Of a DNA stretch of 64,000 nucleotides, positions 24,890 through 38,533 are shown one piece after another (within the stretch, counting starts at the first letter, position 1; each line of letters opens with the position of its first letter). Source of the stretch: Azolla caroliniana. Taxonomy: Eukaryota > Plantae > Polypodiophyta. Made by a program: the position numbers and the translations under genes. The notes beneath the pieces were generated by a model. It saw nothing but the letters and a program-made list of their open reading frames with translations, made no database searches and was not told where the DNA came from. The stretch is from assembly GCA_043228905.1 (NCBI GenBank), contig JBHGNT010000004.1, forward strand, positions 15,066,001-15,130,000, written 5' to 3'.

Positions 24890-26753
24890 TCGAGCCTCGT
24901 CCACAATGTGCACTAAGTTGTTATAGGTCACATATCAAGGGAGTCACCATCGGACTTCCGACCTTCGAGTCAACCGAGTATGCGAAGCATGTCAACTTGG
25001 CAAACAACATCGACTCCCATTCCCGAAGGAGAGCCACGCGAGCAAAGGCCTCCTTGACATCATACACTCGGATGTATGGGGACCGGCTCAAACGCCGACG
25101 ATCGGTGGATGCCGATTCTACGTCACCTTCATCGACGACTTCTCACGCTACGCGTGGATCTTCCTGATGAAGAAGAAGAGTGAAGTGTTCTCCCACTTCC
25201 AAAAGTTCAAGGGCCAAGTCGAAAAAGAAACCGGTCGGAACATTCGATGCCTACGATCGGATGGAGGCAAGGAGTACTTCTCCGATGAATTTACCTCCTA
25301 CCTCCAAAGTGAAGGCATTAAGAGAGAATTCTCGTGCTGACACACGCCCCAACAAAATGGAGTAGCTGAAAGGAAGAAATGGCAAATACTCGAGGTAGCA
25401 CACACCATGATGCATGAGAAGCACATGCCGAATTTCTATTGAGTCGAAGCGGCATCCACGGCCGTCTATCTCATGAATCGATGCACCACTAATGGAGTGC
25501 ATGAGCTAACTCCATACGAGCTCCTCGTCATAAGGAAGCTAATCTTGTCGCACCTCAAGGTGTTTGGAAGCATTGCGAATGTACGCATCCCGAATGAACA
25601 ACAACAGAAACCTAACGCGAAGTCGAAGGAATGTATCCTCATAGGATACTCGTCCGAGAAGAAGGAATACCAGTGCTACAACCCTTCTACCCAAGCAATT
25701 CGGGTAAGTTGAGACGTAGTCTTCGACGAGTCCGCATCCTGGTACGCACCAGAGACAACTTCGACTCTGACTCCGCTCGACCCGGAATTCTCCGAACAAG
25801 AGGTAGAAGATGGAGATCGCTTCGAACACATGTTCGAAGAAAGTCCGATTATGGCAAGGCCTAGTGGGCCACAAGAGCCCCCACGCGACCCAACCACGTC
25901 ACGACCAAGTACGAACTTGGACAAAGGTAAAGGTAAGATGCCCGAATACGAAGTCGATCACCCCGACGACAATGATTCGGATGTGTCGGCTTTGGTATAC
26001 CCATCATGCAGACACCCGGAGCAAAGAAGGTGCTCACATCAGGGAGCAAAAAACTTTGACGCTCATCTAGAGCTAAGAACCTCGTCGCCCGGCTCGACTA
26101 CAACGAGTACATGGCCCATCACTATGCCTTCGCAATGAAGGTAGCGGCCGAACAAGAGCCCAAGAGCCCCATTGAAGCGGCTCATAACCCAAGATGGGTG
26201 GACGTAGTCGATTTCGCCCACACACTACAAGCCTTCGTCACCAGCTTGAGGGGGAGGAACCGAGATTGCCATGGCAAAGAAAGCTGATGGATGGACGGAA
26301 GCACACGAAGCCGACGAAAGCCAAAGCGGATGTCGGACGCCTCACGCTTAAGCTTGAGGGGGCGTGTTGAGAGATCAAGCTCAACTTAGTTTAGTTAGTT
26401 AGTCAACCATGTAACTTCGTAGTTATCTAGATAGAATCTAGTTAGAAGTGTTGACTATAACGCCTTAAATAGGACCTTGTACTTAAGTGGGATATTCTAG
26501 ATCCTCCACTCCTAAGTACATTTAATATAGGACTTACACTTTTCTACCTATATTACCCTCACACATGTGCACCCTTGCACATGAGATATATATATACCTC
26601 ATTGTAGGTATTTTTGTATTTGATGATGATAATGCTAATTTAATATAGTTACTCATCCCCCATCTTGTGTTGTTCATAATCTTCCGCTTATCAACTAATC
26701 ACATAATTAGGTACTAATTAACCCTTGCTTAATTACTTACCTAATTCTTAACA
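24890..26753 (+). mobile_element. 5'-truncated, internally deleted copia (family of H) with 3' LTR starting at 26365
   Basis: CEACQLGKQHRLPF, integrase, EYMAHHYAF, PPT TTGAGGGGGCG then TGTTGAGAGATCAAGCTCAAC; right boundary uncertain. Confidence 0.75.
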
Positions 26754-26764
26754 AAGATAAATGG

Positions 26765-26872
26765 TGTTACGGGCATGACCATATCCCGTGGTAAGTTTTA
26801 CCGTAGTACTTTATCCACGTGGATAGAATACTACCGTAAAACTTACCACGGGATATGATCATGCCTGTAACA
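26765..26872. mobile_element. 108-bp fold-back mini element, TGTTAC..GTAACA, 5-bp TSD AATGG
   Basis: Near-perfect palindrome centred on CCACGTGG; AATGG at 26760-26764 and 26873-26877. Confidence 0.85.
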
Positions 26873-28389
26873 AATGGTTGTCGAGTTGGAGACCCATTTG
26901 AACCAGGCAAGTAGGATTGGACATGTGCCACTTTGCATAGATCTCAGAGTGCATTGGCATCTTGCATCATCAAAGACTAATCAACTTCCGACAATGCACT
27001 ACCTATTTTTAACGTATTGGCCATGTTATGTACCTCCTTTGGTATCATAAAGAATCTAAAAGTGACAAGTTCTAATGGAGTAGCCTTGGACTTGTGATGT
27101 GCTTCTTTTCGCATGCTCATCCGTGCAACATGCCTTGCACAACCAACATAAAAATGTTATCTTTACAACATTCTATTACATTAGGATGGACCAGCAAGTG
27201 GTACACGTCGGGTCTCGTTCCTGGGACATGACCTGAATGGCATCCGTATACATAAATGTTCATGATCCCATGTTTATCCCCTTCATTCACTCTTACATTC
27301 AAATGAAAACTACATCCAAAACGTTTCGAACCCTTGTGCAAGCGAGAGCATCCGACGACTCGTCGAGGCACACCTGCACAATGACAATCATATCTAGTCA
27401 CTTTTGGGACTCCTCTATGCAAGCATGTATGATAGTTGATTTGAATCTCTGCCAAAGTATCATCTAACTTACTAGCTTCTACCTTTATCACTTCTGTGAG
27501 CATTGTAATCTTATCATATTTACTTACACTTGTGCTGAACATGTCAATAGAATTCACCTTTTGTATTATTTGACATCCACATTGGTCAAATAGTGCTTTT
27601 ATGTATGAACTAGTTATTCCATGATTGCGAAGATCCATGGCCCAATGTTTCTTCAATAAGAGTTTGTGAGAGCGGGTAATGGGATGTCCCCCCATGTGTG
27701 TGCAATATGATGGGCCGCCATTGCTCTACACATGATACCCTTAGATGTGGCGACAACTTTAAGTAGAGTTCATGCTCATTTTTTAGCATGAGTCGAGTCT
27801 TCATGCGTCTCCATGCTAAGATCATGAGAGGTGCACCCTTTGAGATCTCTTTTAAAGATTCTATCATAACCTTTATGTGTCCTGATAAATCTTTAACCAT
27901 TAATTTATATGTACCTTCATTAAACACAAAATACCTTGGCGAACAAAACACGAAGGGATCTAAGTCGTCCTTGATGTTGGCATCGTCGGACCCTTGACCA
28001 TCAATTGATTCATTCGAAGTTTTTGAATCTGAGAACGAATCCTCCAATTCGAATTTTGAGTGAAATAGAAATTGTGTTTCATCCACTAACCCACATGAAT
28101 CATCCTTGATCACAAGTTTGAAACGAGAGCTAAGTGTTAACAAGAACAATGTGTAATTGAGAGCAAAACGATAATGAGAGTGGTATGATAGTGTGGAGCA
28201 ATATGACAATGAGGGCGATAATATGATCCTAATCAGAGCAATTATAATCGTCTGATTCAATTCACGTGATTATGGTAGCTCTAATAGAGTTAACTACTTT
28301 TGTATCGGTATCATATAATCATTTGATGGAGGTGACCGTTTTCTAAACGTTGAAACAAAATCATTGCACATAGTTGGATTGAATCTGGC

Positions 28390-28605
28390 CCCGGCTTAGG
28401 TGGATGGATCTAGTAAATTGATCCCGTGTTAGGTGCAGAGAAATACTTTTTCCCTAGGTTAGGTAGACATACATTACTTTCCCGGGTTAGGTGCAGGCAA
28501 ATACTTTTTTCCCTGGGTTAGGTAGACATACATTACTTTCCCAGGTTAGGTGTAGACAAATACTTTCCTGGGTTAGGTGCAAATATTACTTTCCCGGGTT
28601 AGGTG
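28390..28605. repeat. Cluster of (TTACTTTCCC)GGGTTAGGTG motifs inside the MULE; same core as subterminal repeats at 23770-24030 and 31520-31610
   Basis: About eight GTTAGGT-type cores at ~20-30-bp spacing. Confidence 0.8.
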
Positions 28606-29158
28606 ACAATGTACAACACATCTACCATATATATCTGACATCAATTTTCAATTTCTTGTTGCACTATTATTGACAGATATAGATATGTTTGCCCAATTAT
28701 GACGTAATATTGAAAGAAGCAACATGTCTAATTGATTGTTTATGGCGTAATATGCACGAACAAAAACTACAATATGCACAAGAATTTATCAAAAAGTGTT
28801 GCTTTATATTGTGTAAAATACAATATATTATGGGCAAAATTACATGCCGAAATTTACAATACCTACAAGAGAGTCAAAACAAGTTTGTTTACACACGCCA
28901 TATGGCTTTGACAAATGGACCGATATTACGTCTTCGAGATACAAGTGTGGCTATTACAATACCGCGGGGTATAATAACAACATGTACAAGCCATATAGAG
29001 GATGAGGTTACAAGTTCAGAAACCCAAAACACGTCGTGCCCATTTAGCAATCGTAACGCGTAGAAGGTAGACGCCATCATCACCGTACCAATGCTCAAAC
29101 CCCTACCAAATAGGATGTATAAGAACCAATAATCGAGGATGACTATATAAAATGGAAA

Positions 29159-31250
29159 TTATAAGATACTTACAAAGTTTGGTGATTTGAGGCCATAAGC
29201 AAACTCTTCGACAAACATACAAATTGTTTGCATTACATAATATCCGTAATCTGTTCTATTGGGCTGAGTTGGGATGTGGATTTCAGTATATCGGTTCTCA
29301 GGTATGATGTTATGGTTTACAACAGTGCTTGTGACTTTGGTTATAGCCATTTCTGCCAAACTCTTCAATTCCCTAGTAGCAGGATTATTCATTGGGTCAA
29401 TAAATACAACTGGACTTGTTACCTTGTCTGCATGTAAATCAGTTGGAGCATGTTGCATTTTTACCCAGAGGACCCAATGCCCTTCATGCAATATGGGTAT
29501 GAATACAAAATCGCATTTGGGCACTTGTCCAAGGATGTTGTTGGCATTATTGGTTTGCTTGTATAGTTGGACCCAAAGTGGATCGACTATCCAATATCGA
29601 TCGGATATGTGTTTGTGGTTGGGTGTATTCCATCCACATATGGAAGACATTCATGGACCATGTCGAGGCCATCTCTCTGTGGGTGCACATTGATTGCAAT
29701 TCACCTTCCCCGATGTAAACGGACAAATTCAACCTTCTACAAAAAAGTTGGAATATGTTTTGCATCATAATATTACAACATGAGAATACCCTTCGAATGT
29801 TGATTACTAGGACACTAAACCAGAATGTACAACCAGAATACCTGGTGAATGTCTTTCCATTTGTCATGGATAAGGATATGATGATTTCCTCGTATGCGAT
29901 CTGAATGTAGCTGACATCTTCACAATCCTCCTCTGACTCAGATGGAATCCGTACCCATAAGGTCAGGTCCAACTTTGGCCATCTCACTGGGATTTTGGCT
30001 CTACTCGATGGGTATGCTTCCAAGTTAAATGGTGTCTTATGCCCATTGGTAGTTGAGATGTTCCCATCATCTTTGTCCATTTGCACCTTCTAAGCCCTAC
30101 ACTGTAAGGTATCAAATTGTCAACATATTATTAGTTCGATGAGTATTATTAAAAATACATCAACCCAAAATACAATACTTACATAAAAATCATAACCTTT
30201 TGCAATCTTGGCCTTAATCTTCTCTATCCGCTTCTCTTTTGTAGAATCGTATTTCTCGATCTCGTGGCATGTAAGGTTTTGTACAAATTCTGCCTCTGTG
30301 TAGGATTGAAGATCATTAGGGATTGCCTTTGTATTCCTCAAGTGGTTTTTGCTTTATTGTTCTTAAGTGGGACAGACGAGCTCTATTATATTTTTGATCA
30401 ACATTAAAAAAGCGCTTGATTGATCTCGCTCGTTTGTAGTTGCTGAAGTATTTAGGACTACCTTCCAATGCTTCCTCCTCTTCCACTATCTTCAACCCTC
30501 TTGGAAGCATGGTCCTAATGCCATGTTCCTTCAATAAATGTGCATCTAGATCCACTTTATTGTGAAACCATCGTGGGTTTTCCTGGCACGACTTTGCAAC
30601 TATGCATACTCGACATTTGATCCCCATCGAATCTCGAACACACTTGAACATTGGGAGGGTGTCAACTCCACTTGATTTCACAATGACGACAATGTATAAG
30701 ATGCATTACAAAAAAACATTTTGTATTAATTAGCCTTATCTAAACCCTTACATGTTGGAGTCACATCAACATCTATCGCATTTGTGGGCTCAAAGTGGGT
30801 CTGTTGGCTCACGATGTCTACGCTTTCAAAAGCCCTTGCCCCCTCCATAATTGTCTTTGGGTCTCCATCCATCTTGAATTGTGGGGTTTTTTCCTCCTTC
30901 GTACATAAACCTTCTTGCCATTGTTGAAAACAGAACATCTTCATTAAAACCTTCGATGACATGAATGAATCTGAATAGTACCTTTCCTCACTGGTTTTTC
31001 TTTCACCCCAAAATCCATCCATGTCAAGGAAATGTAAGGATTGAGCAACCATCAATCTGACAATGTTATACATTTGAAAGCAATTGAAGAATCGTGACAT
31101 GAAATGTCTTCTATTTAAAACAATCGGTGCAAGAAGCCACAAACGACAAAGCTCATAATGAAGCAAAAGATATAGAATCATGCAACTTAGAAAGCTCATA
31201 TCCAAGAATAGGTTATGAGAAGCCGTACACAACATATTGATAAAGCTCAA
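29159..31250 (-). pseudogene. MULE second gene: C2H2-like zinc-finger region plus Ulp1/C48-like protease domain; exon structure unresolved
   Basis: FVFIPILHEGHWVLWV..FIDPM..QPNRTDYG (Tyr at the catalytic Cys position); KCRVC..DAHLLKEH in 30316-30681. Confidence 0.68.
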
Positions 31251-32131
31251 ATCACATGTTGAGACTCAACATATGTTTCGTAAATCCCAAAACAAAGATA
31301 AATATAGACGGCGTGGTGGAAGAAAGTTACTTACTAGGCTCGAGTACCTAGGAGCTATTCTGATGCAGGTGCAAGTGCAAGTGCAAGTGCAAGTGCAAGT
31401 GCAAGTGCGGGTGTAGGTTTTGGTTTTGATGAACTTGCAGATGTAGGTGTAGCAGGTTTCAAAATTTGAAAAATTGGGGAAAAAGAATTTATGCAGGGTT
31501 TTAACAATGTTGAAGTTGTGCCCGAGTTAGGTTCGAAGAACTGCGTTAGGATTATAGGATTATAAGGCCCGGGTTAGATGTGATAGGGGCTTGTCAAATC
31601 CAGGTTAGGTTTTAAGCGCACACTTTTTATAGATAGAGATCGAACGGTGCAGATTGCACACGCCATTCAAAACGTGTTCTTGCACCGTCGGTGTCCGAGA
31701 TTTCCTCACCAAGCCTAATTATTATTTGGTAGCAAATAGAAACGTCGGATACTGACTACTACTACTACTGATGATACATACATACATACATATATTGATA
31801 TATTTATTATTATTCCCACCCTAAAAACCCCTCATGCCTCCCTCTCCCTCCCCTCTCTTTTTTCTTCTTCTCCGTCTCTAAAACCCTCCCCCTTCCCTTC
31901 ATACCTCTCTTCTTCTCTTGTCTGTGTGCCGCCTCTGTTCTCTCTGTCTCTGTCTCTGTCTCTGTGTGATGAGTGTGATGAAATAGGAGAAGAGCCAAAC
32001 CAAGCCATACATACTGATACATACATACATCCAGCTCTCGGAATATGTAGGTACAGAAGGCAGAGAGAGAGTAGTGAGTCGACAAGTAAAGAGTTTTTGC
32101 TGATGCTCTCTGCCTGCCCTACCCATCATCC

Positions 32132-35100
32132 ATGGCTGCTGCTTCTACGCACCTCTTTTCCGCTCGCAGGAGGATCTTATCGCGATTTCGAGGAGGATAT
32201 CAGACCTCCTCCTCCTTCAAAGTAGTCAGCCATTACAGAATCCTTCCTACTTCTTTTCTGATCCCTCCTCACACTCATTCTTCTGTTCCACAGGATTTGC
32301 ATGGGAAGTATGCAGATCAACATAACAGTTCTTGTTTTTTCTTAAAAGAGGTTGGTTTGAGGTCTTGGCAGAGTTGGTTAAAGCAAGCTGAAGCTGAAGC
32401 TAAGGACAAGGTGAAGCTACCTTCTCCTTCTCTTTCTGCTGCTGCTGCTGCTGCTGCTCGGAACTCCTCCTCCATGGTCGATGCAAACAATGTTGTCTGT
32501 AGAAGGTACTAAGAATGAAAATACCCCCCTTTATTATGTAGCTATGTTTCATGGAGATTATTACTAGGGACAGAATTGTGTCAATCGTGGTAGTTTTTTT
32601 TTTCTTTTTTTTTTTCCAATTCCAAAAACGTGTCTAACTCTATAGATATCTCAAGTTCCTCTTTTATTACTATGTTGTGCTGGAGTACCTCTTCTTTCAG
32701 TTTATAGGGTGATACTATTATTTTTCTAGAAACATCACAAATTTTGGATGTGTTCTGGAACTTGAATTTGGAAGTCCTTAATGATTCTAATCTCCAACTT
32801 TTGGTTCTGTGGACCTTCAATTTAGATTAGAGGTTTTTTATTAAAAATATATTGTGAAGCATCTAGAGAAAGTGGTAATATCTGTACGTTTAGTTTAAAG
32901 CTTTTTCTGTTGTAAATTATCTGAAGTCTTGGTGATACATCAACTGCTGATTTTGAGTTTTTGCTATTTTAATTCATTTCAATATTTGGGTGCCTTTGAT
33001 TTCATACTGTAAGCCAAGTGACCAATAATTGTTAGTGCAAACTATACTAATTCCGATTCACTGTTTTGACATTGGATTGCAAACTCAATTGTTGACAAGA
33101 AGCTCTCCCATATTTGTCATTATTAGACATGCTTCTTCGGCTTCATCTGCGGCTGCTGTGAAGTATCATGATGACGATGGTGACAATGATGTTCATGGAG
33201 AGGAAGACAGGAAACCAAAAAAGAAGCATCAAAAGGAAACTTCTCCAGAAGAATGTGATCAGGCTGTTGCAGGATTAAGTTCTGCCAAAGAGAGAGCCAA
33301 GAAAGTAATGGAGATGCAGAAGAAAGGAGTGAGCATATTGAAGAAAATGTGGAGTATTGTACTTCGAATAGGCCCATTTGTGAGGACTGTTGCCTCAATG
33401 AGCAGGCAAGCATACCCCCTTTTATAAGTGAAAATCTGTTTCTTCTAACGAGCATATACTTTGTTCCAAGCTTGACCTTTAAATATGATAACGTTAAGTA
33501 ATACTCGATTTTCTTCATTCTTTGTTAAAGAGAGGATTGGGCTAAGAATTTGGTGCACCTTAAAGAGGAGGTAAAGGATACGTTCAAGCATTACTGGTTG
33601 GGTACGAAGCTTCTTTGGGCAGACATTAGGATTTCATCTAGATTGCTTCTCAAACTTACAAGTGGGAAGCATCTTACGCGAAGGGAAAGAGAGCAACTCA
33701 CCAGAACAACGGCAGATATTTTTCGTCTGGTCCCTTTTGCCGTTTTTATCATTGTTCCCTTCATGGAGTTTTTGTTACCAGTCGTTTTGAAGGTGTTCCC
33801 GAACATGCTTCCTTCCACCTTTCAAGACAAAATGAAAGAACAGGTAGTTTCTGAGAATATTTTTGATATTTATCTGAATTTTTGAAACAATGCTCTGTAT
33901 GTAATATTAAATTACTGCCGGTGCTTCAACTGTTCATCAATGCGCTTCTTTGTCCTTATTTTCATCATCAATTCTCTGCTTTAAGAAAATAAGGAGCTTC
34001 CAAACTCTATTTGAGTGTTTTCTTTGTTTCTATGAAACATCAAATCACAAGTGTCACTTCCTTGACTGTCGACTCGTCTGCTTCAAAAGTCTTTATTCAG
34101 CAATTAGAACCCATATCTACAATTATAATGCATCCGGAAACTTTCTACTGTAAAGTACTGTAACTGTCTACCATCAACAGCGATTCCTATTAATATCTCT
34201 GTTCCTTGACCTCAAAAGATTTATAACGTCCATTCTATTCATAGTGTAATCTTCTGTATCAAACAGGAGGCCCTTAAACGAAGATTGAACGCACGAATAC
34301 AATATGCTAAGTTTCTGCAAGATACTGTGAAAGAAATGGCAAAAGAGATTAAAAGTACCCGAACTGGTGCGATTCAGAGAACTGCTGAGGATCTCGATGA
34401 ATTCATGAATAAAGTATGTTTCTTGACTGAAAGTTCAGCTGGGTTATTTAGGTTGTTTTATGTTTAATGTCAGTGTGATTTGCCATTTATTTGATAGGTA
34501 CGCCATGGGGAGAGAGTATCAAATGATGATATCACTGGCTTTGCTAAACTGTTTAATGATGAGCTGACTTTGGACAACATCAGCAGGTAAATCCTTTCGA
34601 AATTCTTGAGCCCAGATTTCATTGTTTTAGTGGACCAATTGTTAATGTTTTCTTTTCTTTAATTCAAATGTCAGGCCTCGTCTTGTTAGCATGTGCAAAT
34701 ATATGGGAATTCAATCATATGGAACTGATGCTTATCTGCGGTACATGCTTCGTTCCAAATTGGCACGGTGAGTCAAATTAAACTAAGAGATTTTGATATT
34801 TTTTTATTCTTTACTTTCTACTTGTTTGCTCTGGACTGCATTTGTAATATTGAAATATTTCATAAAACTTGCTTAGCAATGGAGCATAAAATGTATCATT
34901 GTTGTGCATCATGAAAATGTCCGGCAGTGTATAAAAAGGGGAACAGGTGTCAGAAATATGCGGAGTCTGTGAATGTGTTGAATTAACAAGATCTAAAAGA
35001 ATTTGAATTCATGGTGTTTTGATTAAAGATATATATACGAACACATCTGGTGTATATGAATGTCTAATTATATGGAGATGTATAATTTGCAATCAATTAG

Positions 35101-38100
35101 ATTCTTATTATGCATTTGTATTGTAATGTTTAAAAAGGGAAACAGGTGCTAGTATCATGCGGAATCAGTGATTGTGTGTAATACGTAGAAGTGTTTCAAA
35201 TTAGTTTCTTTAGATGTTTTGTCCTTTGCAAATGGGTTCACAAGTTCCAAGGGACGTTGAATTCATTATATTATGATTAAAATTATCCATATAATTACAT
35301 CTGATGTATATGAATGCCTAATTGCATTGAATGAAGAGGAATTTACAGTCAAATAAGGTTATCTTACAAGAACAACTACGAATATAAAAAGATGGTACTA
35401 GTTTAAGTATCAGTTTATAATAGACGGTATAAAGTAATTTGTATTACAGTACTAGTTTAGTACCCAAAATAATAGATTGGATCTACTCTTATACCATCTT
35501 ACTCCAGTTTTGAAAGTCATTACTTGTTAATTTTATTAATTGTTTCATGGCCTTATATTAATAAATGTATCATGATCTTATATTAGTGCATCGGTTGTAT
35601 GTGTAAATTGGCTGCAATAATATCATATAAATGAACAGAAGAATATTCAAATTTCCAAGTGGTCAAAGTGTTAAAATTTGAAATCATTTGCAAAAATAAA
35701 CAGTGTCAATAATCTTGAAACAGAAAATCAAGACACTTCCGTTCAACCACAACAGACAGAAATTTAAAACAAGTCTCCAGTCTTAATAAAATGCATAGTC
35801 AGTAGAAGTAGAAAAGATTGATCTGAGAAATGATAGAATGGAAATTGGCAATATATACTCTCTAAAATCTCGACATAAAATTTAGGTTCTCATTCATTCA
35901 AATCTTCGATGAGTAATACAGAAATGCCACCCCGTTTAAGCATGGGTCAATCTATGCTGTCCTTTCTAGAGGCTGAGTTTGTATCTAGCTTTTCTATTTC
36001 TACATGCAGGAACTGATACTTTTGTTCTAATTGTGGTGCAGTATTAAGTCTGATGACAGAATGATCCAAGAAGAAGGAATTGAGTCACTCTCAGAAGCAG
36101 AGCTTAGGGCTGCTTGCAGGGAGAGGGGAATGCTGGGGCTGCTGTCCATAGAACAAATGCGCCAACAGGTGCTTTATATTGTCCACGTTTTCTTACCCAA
36201 ATTTGTGGTTGGAATTTTTAGAGAGCTTGATTTAAATTCTGGTGTACCTTACCTCATATCTGCAGTTGAAGGACTGGCTTGATCTTTCATTGAATCATTC
36301 TATACCATCATCACTTCTCATTCTATCAAGGTCTGTATTTGTTTTTTAGACTCCTTTTCCCATTATCATATTAACATGTGAGAATTAATGCAAAATTTCT
36401 GCATGCTTGGCTTTAAACAATCATCTTAAAGTACTTCTTTGTCTTTTTGAACTGTTTCAGAGCGTTTACTGTTGCTGGTAAACTTAGGCCTGAGGAAGCT
36501 GTCCAAGCAACACTCTCATCTCTTCCAGATGAAGTTGTGGAATCAGTTGGATTTTCTTCACTTCCTAGTGAGGATGCCCTTACTCGGAAGTTGGAGTATA
36601 TTCAAATGCAGGAGGAGCTTATCAAGGTATACTAGAACTACAACAACAGAATATCAATTCGAAGCTGTAGATTGAAATAGATCTCTATGCATTATTAATT
36701 ATTTATCAGAGTAAATTAATGATCTGTCTTTTTCTATGCATCTCTTTGACAGGAAGAGGCAAAGGAGGGAAGGCCGATGGATGAGGAAGATAAAGCGCTT
36801 CGTGAAATGAAGATAGCAACAGCTCGAGATGCACAGGAACTAGCTCTAAAGAAATCCCTTGAAAAGCAGGAAAATCTTTGTAAACTAAGTGGTGCACTGG
36901 CTGTTTTAGCATCTGCTTCTGTGAGTCTTTTAGATTTATTTGGAGACTGTTGTCCTTTTGTGGATGTTTTGTAATATTTAATGCTCATTTGAATGTATGT
37001 CAACTTTACAGTCAGTCAGCAAGGAGCGTGCTGAGTTTTTGAGGCTTGTTAACAAGGAGGTGAGACCAGTACTTTTCTTTGTCATCTCATTTGATGAGTT
37101 TAGAGTTCTAGTTTGAAAGGAGATTGGCTACTCGTGATTAGGTTCTTGTAGTTTTATCTTGTTATTGGGTTTACAGTTCTCTTCTTTAAGATTGGTGTCA
37201 TATAGCCTTGCTCAGAAATTCATTGTTAACCCTATATTTTAGGATTAGAAAATGTATTGCGGTTTCTTTTAAGAATGGATTGTTTTCTTAAAGTACTTGA
37301 GCTTTTTACTAAGATATAGTTCCTCAGTTGTGCAATACACTGACTTTCTGATAATTGATGTGATTGTAATTGTTTTTAAATTTATTTGACTATGCTTGCT
37401 TTAAATTCTCTGCAATAAAAACTGTTTATGATTCGTTGTATAATAGATTGCATTGTACAATGAAATGGTGGATAAAGAAGGAATGGAAGGTGCCCTAGAT
37501 GCACGGCAAGCATATCAAGCATCTTATGAAGATCGAGAAGTATCTGAACCTGAGTCCAAAATATCGACAGCATTAAAAGAAAAGGTGATAGGTTTTCCTT
37601 ATTGAACCTGCAACATGCTCTATAATTAGGAGAGCTTGACTGGATTCAGAAAATTGATTCTGACCTATGGAAATTATCTTTCATATATATATATATATAT
37701 TGACATAGGTGTTACTATGTGGATATATATGTGCAAATAACATTTAATCAAGTCAAAGAGAAGAATTAGTTGAAATGCCCAATACTTGGACATTGGAAGA
37801 TAGCTTAGTGCTGCATAAGATCGTCCTTGCATAAATATTAGAGAAGCAGAATTAGATTAGGATTTTATTTATTTGAGGTGTCATATAAGCCTGACTTTCT
37901 TTCTTTCTATGAGCCTGATCTTATTGTTGCATATTCTATGGATTGAGAAACTTGATAATCTCACATGAATAATTTGTATGAATAGGGCCAAATCTGTGGA
38001 AGTTTAATGATCAAAATAGTAAAATCCATGTTGCCTAATAGATGGTCCATTTTGGATATGCGTAAGAGCTGATTTTTCCATTGATTACTGTAGGTTGATG

Positions 38101-38533
38101 CAATGCTGCAAAATTTAGAAAAAGAGATTGATGATGTCGATGCTCAAATAGGTGATAGATGGAAACTTCTTGACAGGTATTCATTTTACTCAATTGCATT
38201 TTTTATTGTGCTGGATAATTGATACTTACTGATCTTACTGCCTCAGAGACTCAGATGGGAAGGTTACACCTGAAGAGGTGGCAGCAGCAGCAATGTTTCT
38301 TAAAGATAGTTTGGGTCAGATGCCTCTTGAAGAGCTTATTACCAATTTAGCCAAGGATAAAGGTAGAACTGGCTAACAGAGACAGTTATCTTTTTGTTTT
38401 TGTCCCATTGTTATTGGAAATCAAGTTGAGGGCATAAAGTAATCAATCCTTGATAATTGCAGATGGGAAAATTTTGGTCGAAGATATTGTAAAATTAGGG
38501 AGTGCAACAGATCCAGAGAGGTTGGAGAAGTGA
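32132..38533 (+). CDS. LETM1: Mitochondrial LETM1 / EF-hand protein, 15 exons: 32132-32505, 33127-33405, 33531-33843, 34267-34413, 34498-34586, 34675-34767, 36042-36168, 36266-36330, 36461-36626, 36753-36920, 37012-37059, 37447-37584, 38094-38176, 38247-38362, 38463-38533
   Basis: ASMSREDWAK..HYWLGTKLLWAD..RTTADIFRLVPF..FPNMLPSTF, LFNDELTLDNISRPRLV, EF-hand DRDSDGKVTPEE; splice sites keep frame; Arg/Ser-rich transit-like N-terminus. Confidence 0.95.

Larger units (their letters stand above)
24182..28260 (-). pseudogene. MULE transposase remnant; DDE core deleted or replaced by a copia fragment
   Basis: RYDCHCAG..SKRFGCSFHL..HSGH (27117-27695) and SWIM YCDCQDVASKCKHLLA (~24780-24830), then ORF 24182-24775. 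Confidence 0.72.
23630..31748 (-). mobile_element. Long-TIR Mutator-like DNA transposon (MULE) with transposase remnant and Ulp1-like protease gene
   Basis: ~170-bp imperfect TIRs (23639-~23810 vs ~31570-31743), FAR1/WRKY-like and SWIM zinc fingers, C48-peptidase motifs; TSD not resolved. Confidence 0.8.

Noticed and set aside
31369-31408. (GTGCAA)n run
   Set aside because: Simple microsatellite with no supportable function.
23630-31748. CACTA or Zisupton classification (possible 3-bp ATA duplication, subterminal repeats, SWIM plus Ulp1)
   Set aside because: No CACTA termini; long TIRs with FAR1/WRKY-like and SWIM fingers fit MULE better. The TSD remains unresolved.
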